Below are positions 63,663 through 64,000 of a stretch of DNA of 64,000 bases, piece by piece. The translations under genes were made by a program, and so were the position numbers. The DNA is taken from positions 1-64,000 of the forward strand of contig CBDBPB010000001.1 in the NCBI GenBank assembly GCA_965208615.1, read 5' to 3'. Every line of letters starts with the position of its first letter. Position 1 is the first letter of the stretch. The notes beneath the pieces are model-generated. The model saw only the letters and a list, made by a program, of their open reading frames with translations, had not been told where the DNA came from and did no database searches. Source of the DNA: Spirochaetota bacterium (lineage in GTDB: Bacteria; Spirochaetota; UBA6919; CBDBPB01).

Positions 63663-64000
63663 TTATAATCTTTTACCATTTGCCAATGAATTAAAATGCT
63701 TACAATTAGCAATAAGATAGTCATAACTACCCGAACAAATAACCTTTCCCTTATCCAAAACATGAATAACATCACAGTTTTTTATAGTAGTTAACCTATG
63801 AGCTATTATGATTAGAGTTTTAGTCCCACTAAGATTATTTATATTATTAACAATATCCATCTCAATCAAGTTATCCAAAGCAGAAGTAGCCTCATCCATA
63901 ATTAGTAAATCAGGATCATTATAAAGTGCCCTTGCTATACCTATACGCTGTCTCTGCCCTCCAGATAGCTTAATCCCACGCTCACCAATAATGGTATTTT
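63663..64000 (-). CDS. ABC transporter C-terminus (PglK/MsbA-like; starts beyond the window)
   Basis: [37 protein letters not shown]. Confidence 0.92.
   Translation of the reverse strand, partial: NTIIGERGIKLSGGQRQRIGIARALYNDPDLLIMDEATSALDNLIEMDIVNNINNLSGTKTLIIIAHRLTTIKNCDVIHVLDKGKVICSGSYDYLIANCKHFNSLANGKRL

Noticed and set aside
1-64000. tRNA, rRNA, transposase or reverse transcriptase genes
   Set aside because: None recognised by eye in the intergenic regions or the ORF track

Overview
AT-rich bacterial chromosomal window. It is probably from a free-living Spirochaetota; this is inferred from the spirochaete-style lipoboxes, the tamB-bamA-skp order and the PilZ/REC proteins. In order it carries: the 3' end of tsaD; a duplicated beta-helix lipoprotein gene; ribD; a compact cd1 nitrite reductase cluster (nirJ-nirF-nirDL-type-cytochrome c-nirS); an outer-membrane biogenesis block (exbD-tamB-bamA-skp-fabZ-lpxB); mqnP; a sucrose module (fructokinase plus a fused SPS-SPP); rsmD; a type IIG-like restriction-modification gene; prs, accA and ispH; a YqiJ/flotillin/giant AAA ATPase operon; tpx; nnr; and the end of a surface-glycan cluster with a duplicated GT2. 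The most unusual signal is non-coding. A ~480-bp gap-free, ~90% identical element occurs twice in inverted orientation (10666-11146 and 42705-43185). Its substitutions are largely transitions and include apparent compensatory pairs, which suggests a structured RNA. Each copy is preceded by its own tandem array (2 x 156 bp; 4.5 x 201 bp), and the two arrays share a ~75-bp core. All alignments and counts were done by eye and no database was searched.
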